DNA of 63,914 nt, the filler included, from Dirinaria sp. TL-2023a (lineage: Eukaryota), in assembly GCA_051941275.1 (NCBI GenBank). It is 52 parts of 52 records of this genome, joined end to end, with 100 filler letters (N's around TTAATTAATTAA, not from the genome) between each part and the next. Parts side by side here need not be neighbours in the genome. Positions count along the whole stretch, not along the records: positions 53,180 to 54,288 come from JAVEBF010002985.1; positions 54,389 to 55,496 come from JAVEBF010002986.1; positions 55,597 to 56,702 come from JAVEBF010002987.1; positions 56,803 to 57,908 come from JAVEBF010002988.1; positions 58,009 to 59,111 come from JAVEBF010002989.1; positions 59,212 to 60,314 come from JAVEBF010002990.1; positions 60,415 to 61,515 come from JAVEBF010002991.1; positions 61,616 to 62,715 come from JAVEBF010002992.1; 44 more parts are not named here. One strand, written 5' to 3'. Every line of letters begins with the position of its first letter. Position 1 is the stretch's first letter. The translations under genes were made by a program, and so were the position numbers. The notes below the pieces were generated by a model. The model had not been told where the DNA came from and made no database searches. It saw only the letters and a program-made list of their open reading frames with translations. Below, piece after piece: positions 53,180-63,914 of this stretch.

Positions 53180-53960
53180 GGCAGTAGTCAAGGAAAGATC
53201 TAGCTATCGAGACGCAAGAGCCTGGTGCGACGAGCACTTTCTGTCTGTGCAGACCCTGAACGATATCTCGAGTAACCGGAATCAATACCTTTCATCACTT
53301 ACCGACGCCGGCTTCCTCTCCTCGTCCTATCGCTCGGTAATAGACATGTCGATGAACGCCCATAACTCTAACAACACTCTAATCCGCGCCCTTGTCGCCG
53401 GCGCATTCAATCCTCAACTTGCGCGTATCGAGTTCCCAGACAAGAAATACGCACCATCGATATCCGGCGCCGTAGAACTAGATCCCGAGGCACGAACCAT
53501 CAAATTCTTCAACCAAGACAACGGAAGGGTATTTGTACATCCGAGCTCAACGCTGTTCAGCGCGCAAAGTTTCGTCAGCGGCGCCATGTACCTGAGCTAT
53601 TTCAATAAGATGGCCACCAGCAAGATCTTCATCAAGGACCTGACTCGTACGCATATACATTCATTTCCCCTTCTCCTTAACTTACTAAAGCTAACGGATG
53701 TGCATACAGCATTCAACGTCTACACCGCCTTACTTTTCTCCGGACCCATCGTGCTGGATACTCTAGGCCGCGGGCTCGTGATCGACGGCTGGCTCCGCAT
53801 CCGAGGGTGGGCGCGCATCGGGGTCCTGGTTAGCAGGCTGCGGATCATGCTGGACGAGGCTTTGGCGAGGAAGATCAAGGACCCGGCGTTGGACCTCGGC
53901 GGTGACGAAGTCGTGAACGTGGTGAGGAGTTTGGTGGAGAGGGATGGGCTTGATCGATGA
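53180..53960 (+). CDS. DEAH-box RNA helicase (DHX57/DHX36-like) C-terminal OB-fold region; in-frame intron 53647-53709
   Basis: WCDEHFLS.QTL, LIRALVAGAFNPQLA, RVFVHPSSTLF, KMATSKIFIKDLT|PFN, DGWLR; GTACGC/GCTAAC/CAG intron. Confidence 0.88.
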
Positions 53961-54459
53961 AGAAGAAGAGCCTATGGACCTGACCTGGCCTGAATAGATG
54001 TAGTCGACTTTTTGTTCTAGGATCGATCGATTGCCTGATAGTTTGCATCGATCTATGTGCGTGATAAAGTAAAATTTCTTAAAAAGTACCTCCCAATCGC
54101 AGAGTCAAAACCCCACCCCTTTTTTTCAACTTCAAAAATCTCATCACACTCTGCAGTCTGCACAATTTAAATCATTCCTCACAAATTGAACCCATAATCT
54201 AATCTAATCTAATCCCCTCCTTCCTCCTTCTTCTAGTAACCTAGAAATCCCTAAGCGCAAACCCCGTTCCCACGAAATAGCCATGGACNNNNNNNNNNNN
54301 NNNNNNNNNNNNNNNNNNNNNNNNNNNNNNNNTTAATTAATTAANNNNNNNNNNNNNNNNNNNNNNNNNNNNNNNNNNNNNNNNNNNNATACAGCCGCCG
54401 CTAGCAGTGGTATCTCGGAATATATTTTCGACGGATGTGCAAAGCCTTAACTTACATTT

Positions 54460-54891
54460 ATGAAACCTAGCTCAACCATTTCGGCCGTATTAGGAGTCGG
54501 TCTCTTTGCGTCGATTTGTAATGCAGAACGGGCATCTCCAACAAAAATTGTAGGACTCACCTATCCATGTTTGGCCCTAAAGGCCAAGATTCAAGGATCG
54601 GTAAACGTTCGATGTGAGATCAGCCCGAAGGGGCAGTGCGATAAAGCGAAGGCTCTAAGGGGTCAACCGCTTCTTTTGACGGCTGCTCTTAAGAACGCGA
54701 GGCAATGGAACTTTGACAAGCCAAATAACAATTCGGCAGAGGACAGATCCATTGATTTACAGTACGTGTTTTTGATATCGGAGAAACGAGACCTTGAAGG
54801 GACTAAGTTCATAGTTGAACTTCCGAACAAGGTAACCGTCATGGGTTACTTCGATCCTACCGCTTCTTGTGGCCCCATTATAATCAGGTAA
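54460..54891 (+). CDS. Bacterial secreted protein with TonB C-terminal domain
   Basis: Signal peptide; YPCLALKAKIQGSVNVRCEISPKG...GQPLLLTAALKNARQWNF matches YP..A....I.G.V...G.P.L..AA..A..QW.F. Confidence 0.8.
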   Translation: MKPSSTISAVLGVGLFASICNAERASPTKIVGLTYPCLALKAKIQGSVNVRCEISPKGQCDKAKALRGQPLLLTAALKNARQWNFDKPNNNSAEDRSIDLQYVFLISEKRDLEGTKFIVELPNKVTVMGYFDPTASCGPIIIR

Positions 54892-55114
54892 CCTTTTTCC
54901 CAATGACTGACGACGTGGATACCACCCTAAGAAGCCTTAATACAGACTGCGGTCGGCTTCGCAAACGAGCTACTGGATCTCGATCAAAAATCTAAGAGTA
55001 TATACAGGAGCCGACCGGCATATGGCCGAACTGATTGAATTCACTTTCAGACGCAGCGATTATAAAACAGGGTTATGACTTCTACCACACTCAACAGCAG
55101 GGACTCTGCAAGTG

Positions 55115-55496
55115 ATGCGGCACAATCCTGTGAAGTTCTATCTTTTCATGCTCGTTCTTGTGGCCTTAGTATCTTGTTCGCATGATCCATGTGGTAATAC
55201 AATTACGTCAGTCATAAGGAGCCCTAACGATCAACTTAAGGTTGTCGTATATGTGAGAGATTGTGGAACTTTATCAAACTTCATGACTGACGTATCAATA
55301 TTGCCATCGGGAAAATCGCCGACATGGAATGGAAACATGTTTGTCGTCGAAGAACGAGATCTTACTCGAACCGACAACCATCGTCAGGTTCCACTAGCAA
55401 TTAAGTGGTTGGACAACAATAAGCTGTCGATTACTTATCCCCAAACAGGGATAGTCGGTGAGAAAATTAAATCTTATAGGGGGATTAATATAAACT
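55115..55496 (+). CDS. Bacterial lipoprotein, DUF5412-like (3'-truncated)
   Basis: Lipobox LVSC; DPCGN....SP....VVYVRDCG, IKWLDNNKLSITY. Confidence 0.6.
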
Positions 55497-56350
55497 NNNN
55501 NNNNNNNNNNNNNNNNNNNNNNNNNNNNNNNNNNNNNNNNTTAATTAATTAANNNNNNNNNNNNNNNNNNNNNNNNNNNNNNNNNNNNNNNNNNNNATGT
55601 ATTTACTGTATGTATGTATATATAGCAAGGCAGGAGGCATCGATATCCCTGCTTACTACTTACTATTTACTTTTAAATTTTTGTTTTTTGACTTTGGGGG
55701 AGAGAGATAATGAGGGAAGAGAGAAGAGAGAATAATAAGAGAAGAAGAGGAAAGAGTAGGGGATGATACGAGGGTGTGTAGGTAAAAAGGGAGAAAAGGC
55801 AGCGGAGATAGAAAACAAAATGTTTTGCGGGGGGAATTGAGAATTGGAAATTGGAAATTGAGATAAGACGGGAGAAAGACAGAAGAGGGGGGGAAAGGGG
55901 CGTCGAGGTTTTAAAATCAAGAAAAAAAAAAAGAAAAGATGGACAATATAATGATTTTGAATGCTATAAGATAAGATAAGTAATGAATGAGAGGTTTCAT
56001 CGCAAAGTATTAGTATATAGCATAATGTGATGTACTCGTACATAAAACTCCGCTCAATCATTCGGAGATGCTCAGGATACCTCAGGCAGCCTCACCCTTT
56101 CCGGAACAAAAAATGCAAGGACTTTTCTTGACCGCCCATCCACCTATACACACTCATTTACGCCATTGCTTCGCAACCACAAAAGCCCTGAAGGGGGAAG
56201 AAAACAAAAAAAAGATGTAAAGATACAAAAAGGGCGAGGGGATTCATGACGCCGTGAGTAAGCCCTGACTCCAGACAATGGAAAAAAGCGGCACCCGGTT
56301 TCGTGACCGAGCGACCCATAACGCAGTGAGGCAGTAGAGAAATAGTCCCA

Positions 56351-56702
56351 TCAAAGCTTCCTCACCAAGTCCCGAGCCCACTCGACGCTCCCCCGCACGC
56401 TGCCACCACCCCCCCTCTCGCTTCCGCCCGAGGACGATGAAGAACTGCCATCGCTGCGCCTCCTCTCATCCCTGGATCTGACCGCGTTCCCGCTGCCGCC
56501 CCTTCCAACGTGGTACACGGGCGCCACCTCGTTGAGTCTCTCCCTCTCCAACTCCTCGTCGAAGCGGAACATCGGCCGCTCGTCGGCGCCGGAGTGCAGG
56601 TTGCCGGCGCCACCGCGGCCGGTCGTGAATTTGTGGTTTTGAGAGTGAGAGGATTGGGCGGTTGCGGTGGTGAGGCGCGCGCTGAGGGTGGTGGGTGGGA
56701 GG
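56351..56702 (-). CDS. DUF3602-like protein, C-terminal part
   Basis: Two GRGG(A/S)GN repeats (FTTGRGGAGN, YHVGRGGSGN) around FRFDEELER. Confidence 0.8.
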
Positions 56703-57233
56703 NNNNNNNNNNNNNNNNNNNNNNNNNNNNNNNNNNNNNNNNNNNNTTAATTAATTAANNNNNNNNNNNNNNNNNNNNNNNNNNNNNNNNNNNNNNNNNN
56801 NNTTTACCATTGGGAAACCTATCTAACCAAGGTTGGGTCTTTGACAGTCGCCGCCAATTTCACTTCTTCTACCCTGACAATGCGAGCAAACACCCGCCGC
56901 TTCAAATACATCTTTTTTACTCGGCATTTATGACGTCGCCGCCAACATACCTCGTCGTCGCCAAAATTTTTCACTCTTTTTACCCGAAATCTTTTACCTT
57001 TTTATGCATGTCAGAAATTGCAAATCTGCTGTCAGAATGTTTTCACGCTTGTTATTCGAGTTTTGTCATCACTGTCGCTACTCTGCCGAAACTCACGCTC
57101 ATTACTCGACACGTGCTTATTGTCATCATCACGCACATCGTCACTGCAACTACTCGACATCGTCTGCTCGTCGCCACCGCGTCGTTGGAGATAGAGGCTC
57201 ACGAAAGCTCGCCGCCGTTTGAGGAGAGGGTGA

Positions 57234-57406
57234 TGTCACGGGTCTAGCGTGGTGTTATTAGATAGTAGTGTTGGCTCCCTCGAAGGAACCTCGAGAGCGC
57301 TAGCGAGCGAGGTTTCTACATAAACCTCGCCCCCATGTATCTTAGATCTGCATAGCTAGTATTCTCGTCAATACCATATCTATCTATGCAGCTCAGCCCC
57401 CTGACA
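57234..57406 (+). mobile_element. 3' LTR (173 bp) preceded by polypurine tract
   Basis: GAGGAGAGGGTGA then TGTCA...TGACA. Confidence 0.75.
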
Positions 57407-58008
57407 CTCAGGGTCGTAACATATTATTATCTATGTTCTAGAAACTTGCTCATGCGTCAGCAGATCGACATGACAACTATTTCCTCTTCTAGAAATCGCG
57501 TCCTCGAGATTTATTAAAGCGTCATGTCTCAGAATCACTGACGACATTCTTTAGTTGTGTAGAAAATAGAGAGACTCTCAAGAGCGACATCATTGTGAGA
57601 TGTGATGATTCTAAGAAAATTTCAAAGAATTTTATCAGCGGGGGTTCGAATTCGTTAACTTAGAAAACATCGTTATTCAGCAGAAATAATTACTCTGTAA
57701 AGCAGCTAGTCAAGATAATAGTGTTAACTCGTTTATCTGAGTCAAAAGACCACAGTAATTATTTCTGCTGAAATAATCAGTACTATTATCATCTATATTC
57801 TAGAGACTTGCTCATGCGCTCGCAGATCGACATGACAATGTATCTCGATTCGAGATGAGATAATCAATATTATATATTATGAAAATTTTACAATCGTCAT
57901 CGTTTTATNNNNNNNNNNNNNNNNNNNNNNNNNNNNNNNNNNNNNNNNNNNNTTAATTAATTAANNNNNNNNNNNNNNNNNNNNNNNNNNNNNNNNNNNN
58001 NNNNNNNN

Positions 58009-59111
58009 GAATAATCTTTCTCGCGTCAGACAAAATCAATAAAAACTTAAATTATTAACTCAACTTTCAAAAAGTTTAGCGAAATGAACTTCTTTTTCTT
58101 TGAGAGTCTGTCAATCAAAATCATGATGTGTTGAAATCGTTTTTCGTGACGTTCACAAATTGACAAAATAATAATAAAATCGCAGAAAATGTTTTGTTAA
58201 TAACGATTTAAAATTGACAATAATTTTAATAACTCATGTTTAATTTCTCGATATGTTTTAATACGTCGACAAATGTGACAAATTTTGACGTATTGTCTCA
58301 CGAATTTGATTATGTTCGATCAATAATAATATAGATGTAGTAATCGATATGTATCTTCGCGTTCTAAATGTCTCGCGAAAAAAAAGTCATGCATCTGTCT
58401 AATGATCGTTGTGTATAGATTTTTCTTGTTTGAGACGTATAATCGTTTCTGATAATAGAGCATATCGTTGCGAATCTCACAATCTAATAATTGTAATTTG
58501 TATTCGATTTGTCGTAAATTATGAGAAATTTTGCGAATTTCTGAGATTTTTGCTTTCATAATTCGTTGTAGATCATCGTCTTTTCTGTAAACTCTGCGAG
58601 TTTTCTATTTCAATTCGATTGTCGTGAGAATGTTCTCGAATATCTCATTGTTCGAGTTTGTCGTTCGCTCAGACTGAGCGTCGACTAAATCATTGTCAGC
58701 TAAAACTCAAATGTTCTCGTTCGCGATGACGACGTCGTAAATTATCGATGTTAATTGAGTGACGATGCTAAAACTGTTCTCGAGCATGACGTAAACTAGA
58801 TCGAGAGTTTTTGTCATCTCTGACTTCAGATTAGTTTTTTTAAGAATCGTTTTGTTTTGAAATTGACGTCTTGAATCATTGTCGAAACTGAGCAGATTCT
58901 GCGTTCGTCGAGTGAGATTATCGAGCTTTGTTCTCTGAGCTTTCGATCGATAAATAATTTTAAAATTGAACTCGAAAAGAAATTCTGCTCAACGAGTTTG
59001 TCGACGATTCAATTGTTTGATAATCATAAAATGTTTCAAATTGCGATGATCGCTGATGACTTTGATGAGATCTTTAATTGACGTTTCGACGCACTCGAGA
59101 TGTTATTTCTC
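58009..59111 (-). mobile_element. Ty3/Gypsy pol fragment (RNase H end, integrase HHCC and core start), heavily mutated
   Basis: SDHRNLKHF, LNRRQTR*AEFL, MHD..ARH, CHICRR, *QNIFCDFI, ILIDRLSK. Confidence 0.9.
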
Positions 59112-60417
59112 NNNNNNNNNNNNNNNNNNNNNNNNNNNNNNNNNNNNNNNNNNNNTTAATTAATTAANNNNNNNNNNNNNNNNNNNNNNNNNNNNNNNNN
59201 NNNNNNNNNNNGAAACAAAGATTAGTAAATGATGTTCTTCTGAATTCGCTTTTTTGAAATAATATCGAATTTTTTCTATTATCTAATCGTTGTTCTAGAG
59301 CTTCTCGATAAAGAATCGTTTGACATGAAATATTTCGTCTTTCGATATAAAAGAGACTATTTTCCGATTTTGTATCGTAATTTTCGAGTTTCTCCGACAA
59401 AGTATTGCTTAACACTGTGACCTGATAAATTGAATTCAAAATTTCTCTTTATGTCCTTGTTATGATAGCTTGTCTTTTGCTCTGAGCTTAGAGATGTAGT
59501 GTGCAGCGTAAATAAATAGACTCCACTTCGAGATCGTCGCTCTGATCGTTTCTCTCGATAATTATAGTATAAAGTAATATGAACGGATCTTAGAGAAAAA
59601 GTTAACGATATTTCTCGAGCTGAAAACACAAAAGTAAGTTTTTTTTTTCATTCTCGTGTCGTTGTCTTTGAGACTCTCGATAAAGAATCGCTTGGCATCG
59701 CATATTCGATAATAACAATCTAATTTTTCTCCTGTCTGTGAGCTCTGAGATAAGAGAGAAAGTGCGCAGCATCATGTAGAGCGTCGAATCTCAAGAAAAG
59801 ATGAAGCTGAGATTCGTTTGACAGCATAAATTTGATTCTCAAAACTCGACTTTCGATTTTCTCTCTCTCATGTAGCTATACGAATCAGAGACACGATATC
59901 AATAATGTCTTTCGAGCTGAAGATACATAAAATAGAAGATAAGTTTATGTGATATTCTTGTCGATTTGCGATGACGATAGAAAATCAAATCTTCTGTTCT
60001 CGTATCGTGAGTTTTCAGTTCTCGTCATAGAGCAATGCTTAACATCGAAAATCTGAGCAAGGGTTTCGAAGTTTATTCTTTCGTCGCTGTCTTAGCTAGC
60101 AATATTTTGTCTTTTTTTCTTTCAGCTGAGAAATTCAAGACGCAAGCGTGAAGAACTATGTTGGAATTCGGGGAAATTGCTCTGATCGTAATCCAGTCTC
60201 AGGTATACAACTGCATAAATCGATCTCAGACAAGATGCTAACGAAGTCTTTAAGCTGGAGATAGTTGATGGTGTTTGTCTCAATTTATTATTTTGATATA
60301 ATATTGAAACTCTTNNNNNNNNNNNNNNNNNNNNNNNNNNNNNNNNNNNNNNNNNNNNTTAATTAATTAANNNNNNNNNNNNNNNNNNNNNNNNNNNNNN
60401 NNNNNNNNNNNNNNGCA

Positions 60418-60622
60418 TGTCATGAATCTAGACCTGGAGCACCTTAGGTCAGGTCACATGATCAGGTCACATGATCAGGCCCAGCGTCCCCCCGGACCGA
60501 TATTGCTCCGGGTCCCTATTTGAGTCTTTCTGTAGATAGATTTCCTTTCCTTTTCTTCTTCATAGTTAGTGTCCTAGTCTATTTGTACCCATATGCCATT
60601 GAGCGCTGTGCAGGCCCTGACA
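60418..60622 (+). mobile_element. LTR (205 bp) sharing its 3' end with the 298-bp LTR family
   Basis: TGTCATGAA...GGCCCTGACA; last about 85 bp match 42035-42120. Confidence 0.85.
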
Positions 60623-60644
60623 AGATCTATCGAATGAATCAAAT

Positions 60645-60891
60645 CGGGTACAAATAGACTAGGACACTATCTATGAAGAAGAAAAGGAAAAGGAAATCTA
60701 AATACAGGTAGGTTTAAATGTGGGATCGGAACAACACCGATCCGAGGACGCTAAACCTGATCAGGCAAAAACACAACACCTCTAGCAAAACACTTAGTAT
60801 AGACCTTTCCACACACATGTGGTATCCAGGGACTCTGCTTCAGGGTCCATGCAATCATGTGATCAGGCTCATAGGGGTCTGGTTCATGACA
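60645..60891 (-). mobile_element. 298-bp LTR family copy (3'-truncated) interrupting a NACHT gene
   Basis: Reverse-complement match to 41823-42090. Confidence 0.9.
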
Positions 60892-61200
60892 CTGATCGAC
60901 AAGCAAATAAATTAGATCGCGCAACACAGCTGTGGCTGTATTAATTCGAGAGTCGGTCGCTTGGCAGACGAAGTATGCTAAAAGACGTGTACTAGGACTC
61001 TCTTTCTTCAACTCGTTTATGACATCGCAAAGCAACATTGTCTTTTCTTTGTCTGAATCGCTCTTTATTCAGAGCAAGCGACTGTCTTTGTCTTTATGCC
61101 ATTGTCGAAAGTCGTCGTTATCAAGTATTCAACGATACGAGTCTTGCAATAGATCATCTTTAGTCTACTTAATGCGCTTTTTGTCGTGACGTGAATCTGT
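60892..61200 (-). pseudogene. HET-E/HNWD-like NACHT (fungal NLR) pseudogene
   Basis: KRIK*TKDDLLQDSYR*IL...LL*IKSDSDKEKTMLLCDVI...YFVCQATDSRINTATAVLRDLIYLL is the mutated TKGGLL, WIKGDPGKGKTMLLCG, QATDSRIN.ATAVLRGL. Confidence 0.9.
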
Positions 61201-61366
61201 CAGACGTAAATATCGAAGACATTCTCTATTCTCTGAACTCTTTGCAATATTCGTAAGAGTTTCAAAATTAACTGTGTTCTTTTCGACTTTATACATGAAG
61301 TTATCGTTTTGAAGAATTTTCTCTGCGACTTCAACACTTTTAAGACTATCATCTCAGTCATCAAGT

Positions 61367-61515
61367 CTAAGCGTATCACATAAAATAACGTGAAATCTAT
61401 TTCGATAACATGAGCAGACGCTCTTCATCAGATAGATAAGACTTATCTATCTGATGAAGAGCGTCTGCTCATGTTATCGAAATAGATTTCACGTTATTTT
61501 ATGTGATACGCTTAG
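61367..61515. repeat. Perfect palindrome, 74-bp arms, 1-nt centre, at contig end
   Basis: 61367-61440 is the exact reverse complement of 61442-61515. Confidence 0.95.
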
Positions 61516-61742
61516 NNNNNNNNNNNNNNNNNNNNNNNNNNNNNNNNNNNNNNNNNNNNTTAATTAATTAANNNNNNNNNNNNNNNNNNNNNNNNNNNNN
61601 NNNNNNNNNNNNNNNACATCGACAATAAGATTAACAAACGCAGAAATCCTAGACACACATAGAAGCTAAACATCTTGATCTAAAACGAAATAACCTTATT
61701 TCAGCTGCAACAGAGACGTTGCTTATTGAAGGGGGAAGATAA

Positions 61743-62040
61743 TATCATGAACCAGATCTCTATGAATCTGATCACATGATTGAGTCACATGATTGCATGA
61801 ACTCTGAACTCTGAAGCAGAGTCTCTGAATACCACATGTGTGTGAAAAGGTCTATACCAAATGTTTTGCTAGAGATGTTGTCTTTTTATCTGATCAGGTT
61901 TAGCGTTCTCGAATCGGTGTTGTTCCGATCTCACATTTAAACCTATCTGTATTTAGATTTTCTTTTCCTTTTCTTCTTCATAGATAGTGTCCTAGTCTAG
62001 TAGTACCCATATGTCTATGAGCGCTGTGCAGATCATGACA
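61743..62040 (+). mobile_element. 298-bp LTR family, hypermutated copy
   Basis: Colinear with 41823-42120; preceded by purine tract GAAGGGGGAAGATAA. Confidence 0.92.
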
Positions 62041-62081
62041 TGTTGCACGTGCTTCTTTTTGATCTTATTATAGATGAGAAT

Positions 62082-62493
62082 TGTAACAGTGATACCTGAT
62101 ACTTTGATATATATTGACCAATGCAGGCTAGCGCCGCTTGGCAGCCGGGGGTGCCCAGAGGCAATCCTTCGGGGTCTGAAGCATGGCTAGCGCCGCCTAG
62201 AAGCCAGCGTCGGAAGGTTGAATCTCGAGACTAACTAGGAGTCAGTGAGCGGTTGACGCTTATAGAGCATTGTGTCTACGAGCGCTCGTGATCCGTCAGC
62301 GCGGAGCTCGTCATGGTGAGGCAATGTTAACGCTCGCGGTTAAGTATAGAGGATCACTCACTCTTTCGAGAGGGATTCTTAGTGATTAGTTCTAGCAGAA
62401 ACTACAGTATGAGGTAGCTATATAATCTATTACACTGTCACGTCTTTCACACAAGTACTGCGTCGACGAGTAATCGACGCATACAATCTTACA
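62082..62493. mobile_element. Full LTR (412 bp)
   Basis: TGTAA...TTACA termini; both ends confirmed by copies at 13441 and 35068. Confidence 0.9.
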
Positions 62494-63060
62494 GTTCTAA
62501 TCACTTCAATCTTTTGAAGAAAAAGGCCCGAAGTGTAATAGTGATGACGTTCTCGCGTGAAGTGTCAGAGTCTCAACAATCGAAAGACGATTTTGAAGTC
62601 GTTTCGAACGATCGCTCGCTCTTCGTCGCCGCGACTTTATCAAACGACGCTGAGTCAAACAACAGTCCGAATATCTTACGAGATGAGCTCGCTCAACGCA
62701 TTCATGACTTGAAATNNNNNNNNNNNNNNNNNNNNNNNNNNNNNNNNNNNNNNNNNNNNTTAATTAATTAANNNNNNNNNNNNNNNNNNNNNNNNNNNNN
62801 NNNNNNNNNNNNNNNTTGCCATCTAGGTCAATGCATTGTTGATTTTTAAGCAATGCTTTGTTGATTTCAAAGCATTGATTTCCAAGCATTGAATATCCAA
62901 GCAATGATTGCAAAGCAATGCTCTCGAAGCAACTTGCGCATATCGCATATCGTCAAGGCCTATCCCAATTCGATTAGCAGCATGAGCAGTGAGATTTTGG
63001 TAGTTGGCTTGACAGTGTGTATTTAAGTCATCATGAGTCTCACCTTGAGTTGATCATCAC

Positions 63061-63914
63061 CATTGCTTCATCGTCTGCTTCAACATCAAATCGCACTCGA
63101 TTTTCGCATCGCAAAGCGCTTTTTCACACTAGATTCACTAGTTAGTTCATACCTCAGAACTACAATGCCTTCAATTCGGCAGTCCGCTAGGGTCAGAAGA
63201 ATCACCCGCCGCGCTCAGAAATCAACTGCATCGAAATTCTCATCGGCAACGACACTCTCATCGTCATCGACAGCGACGTCATTCTCTGACATTCTCATTG
63301 ACACGGTGTCATCTTTTCTAAAGATTTCTGACTCGCAATTCACCTCGTCGTCAACACGCTCGTCAGCACGCGTCGCGGATATTAAGACATTACTGACTGA
63401 TATTAAAATCGAAAAACGATATAAGACACTAAAGACAGAGCTTCTCGTCATTAGAAACGAGCACGACTCTTTCTCAGAAACGTCATCGACGTCATCATCA
63501 TTGTCAGTTGCGACGTCGCAGTATCAGATTTCAAATGAGTTTTTCTTCGATAAAGAATCTTCTTTTTTGTCTCTTTCTCAAATGTTTTCTGCGATGAATC
63601 AAAAATACTACTCTGAAATTTGACGCGACGAATTCAATTCTCGCGAGTTCAAAAAGCTCTTCAATGATTGATCGAATCGTGTTGCGCAGTATGATGATGT
63701 CACGAAGATCGAAATGAAGTCAATTGCGCGATTCGTCAAGATCATGAAGATTTACTCTCAGATGATTAGACATTTCGTCACATCGCTGCAGCTTCGTGAC
63801 GAGCTGAACAAAGCACTCATCACATATCGTTATCGCATGTACACACACTTCGAGTCATACATCGTCGAGTCGATTATGCGTCTAAACGAAACGTATTTGT
63901 GTGCTCGTCTCACT
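63061..63914 (+). mobile_element. Second copy of the gag-like repeat at 8880-9954 (single unit)
   Basis: Near-identical to 9243-9954. Confidence 0.6.

Noticed and set aside
1163..62815. Regularly spaced TTAATTAATTAA repeat resembling an array
   Set aside because: Embedded in N runs at a constant 100-bp length; artificial six-frame stop linker

Overview
This window is not contiguous DNA. It is 52 short unplaced contigs sorted by decreasing length (1162 to 1099 bp), joined by 51 artificial 100-bp spacers (N44-TTAATTAATTAA-N44, stops in all six frames). Nothing can be inferred from adjacency across spacers, and ORFs ending in XXXX/LIN are artefacts. Most contigs come from a filamentous ascomycete (Pezizomycotina; a lichen-type sample is plausible but not provable). 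They hold spliced host-gene fragments (ACSF3-like acyl-CoA synthetase, GH81 glucanase, UTP14, VMA9, a DnaJ protein, a DEAH helicase, a DUF3602 protein, a BAS2-like secreted protein) and many degraded transposon pieces (Tad1-like LINEs, Ty3/Gypsy gag/pol, several LTR families, a Fot1/pogo transposase). The repeats show RIP-like C-to-T hypermutation with a strong, non-canonical CpC preference. Two contigs are foreign to the nuclear background. One (16295-17439) is an uninterrupted reverse transcriptase frame readable only with TGA=Trp, resembling fungal mitochondrial retroplasmid RTs, and is missed by the supplied ORF track. The other (54389-55496) is bacterial-looking, with a TonB-C-domain gene and a lipoprotein gene. 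A 458-bp TRIM-like mini LTR element with a self-priming-type PBS and a tRNA T-arm-like hairpin is also present. All family assignments come from manual translation and motif recognition, not database searches.
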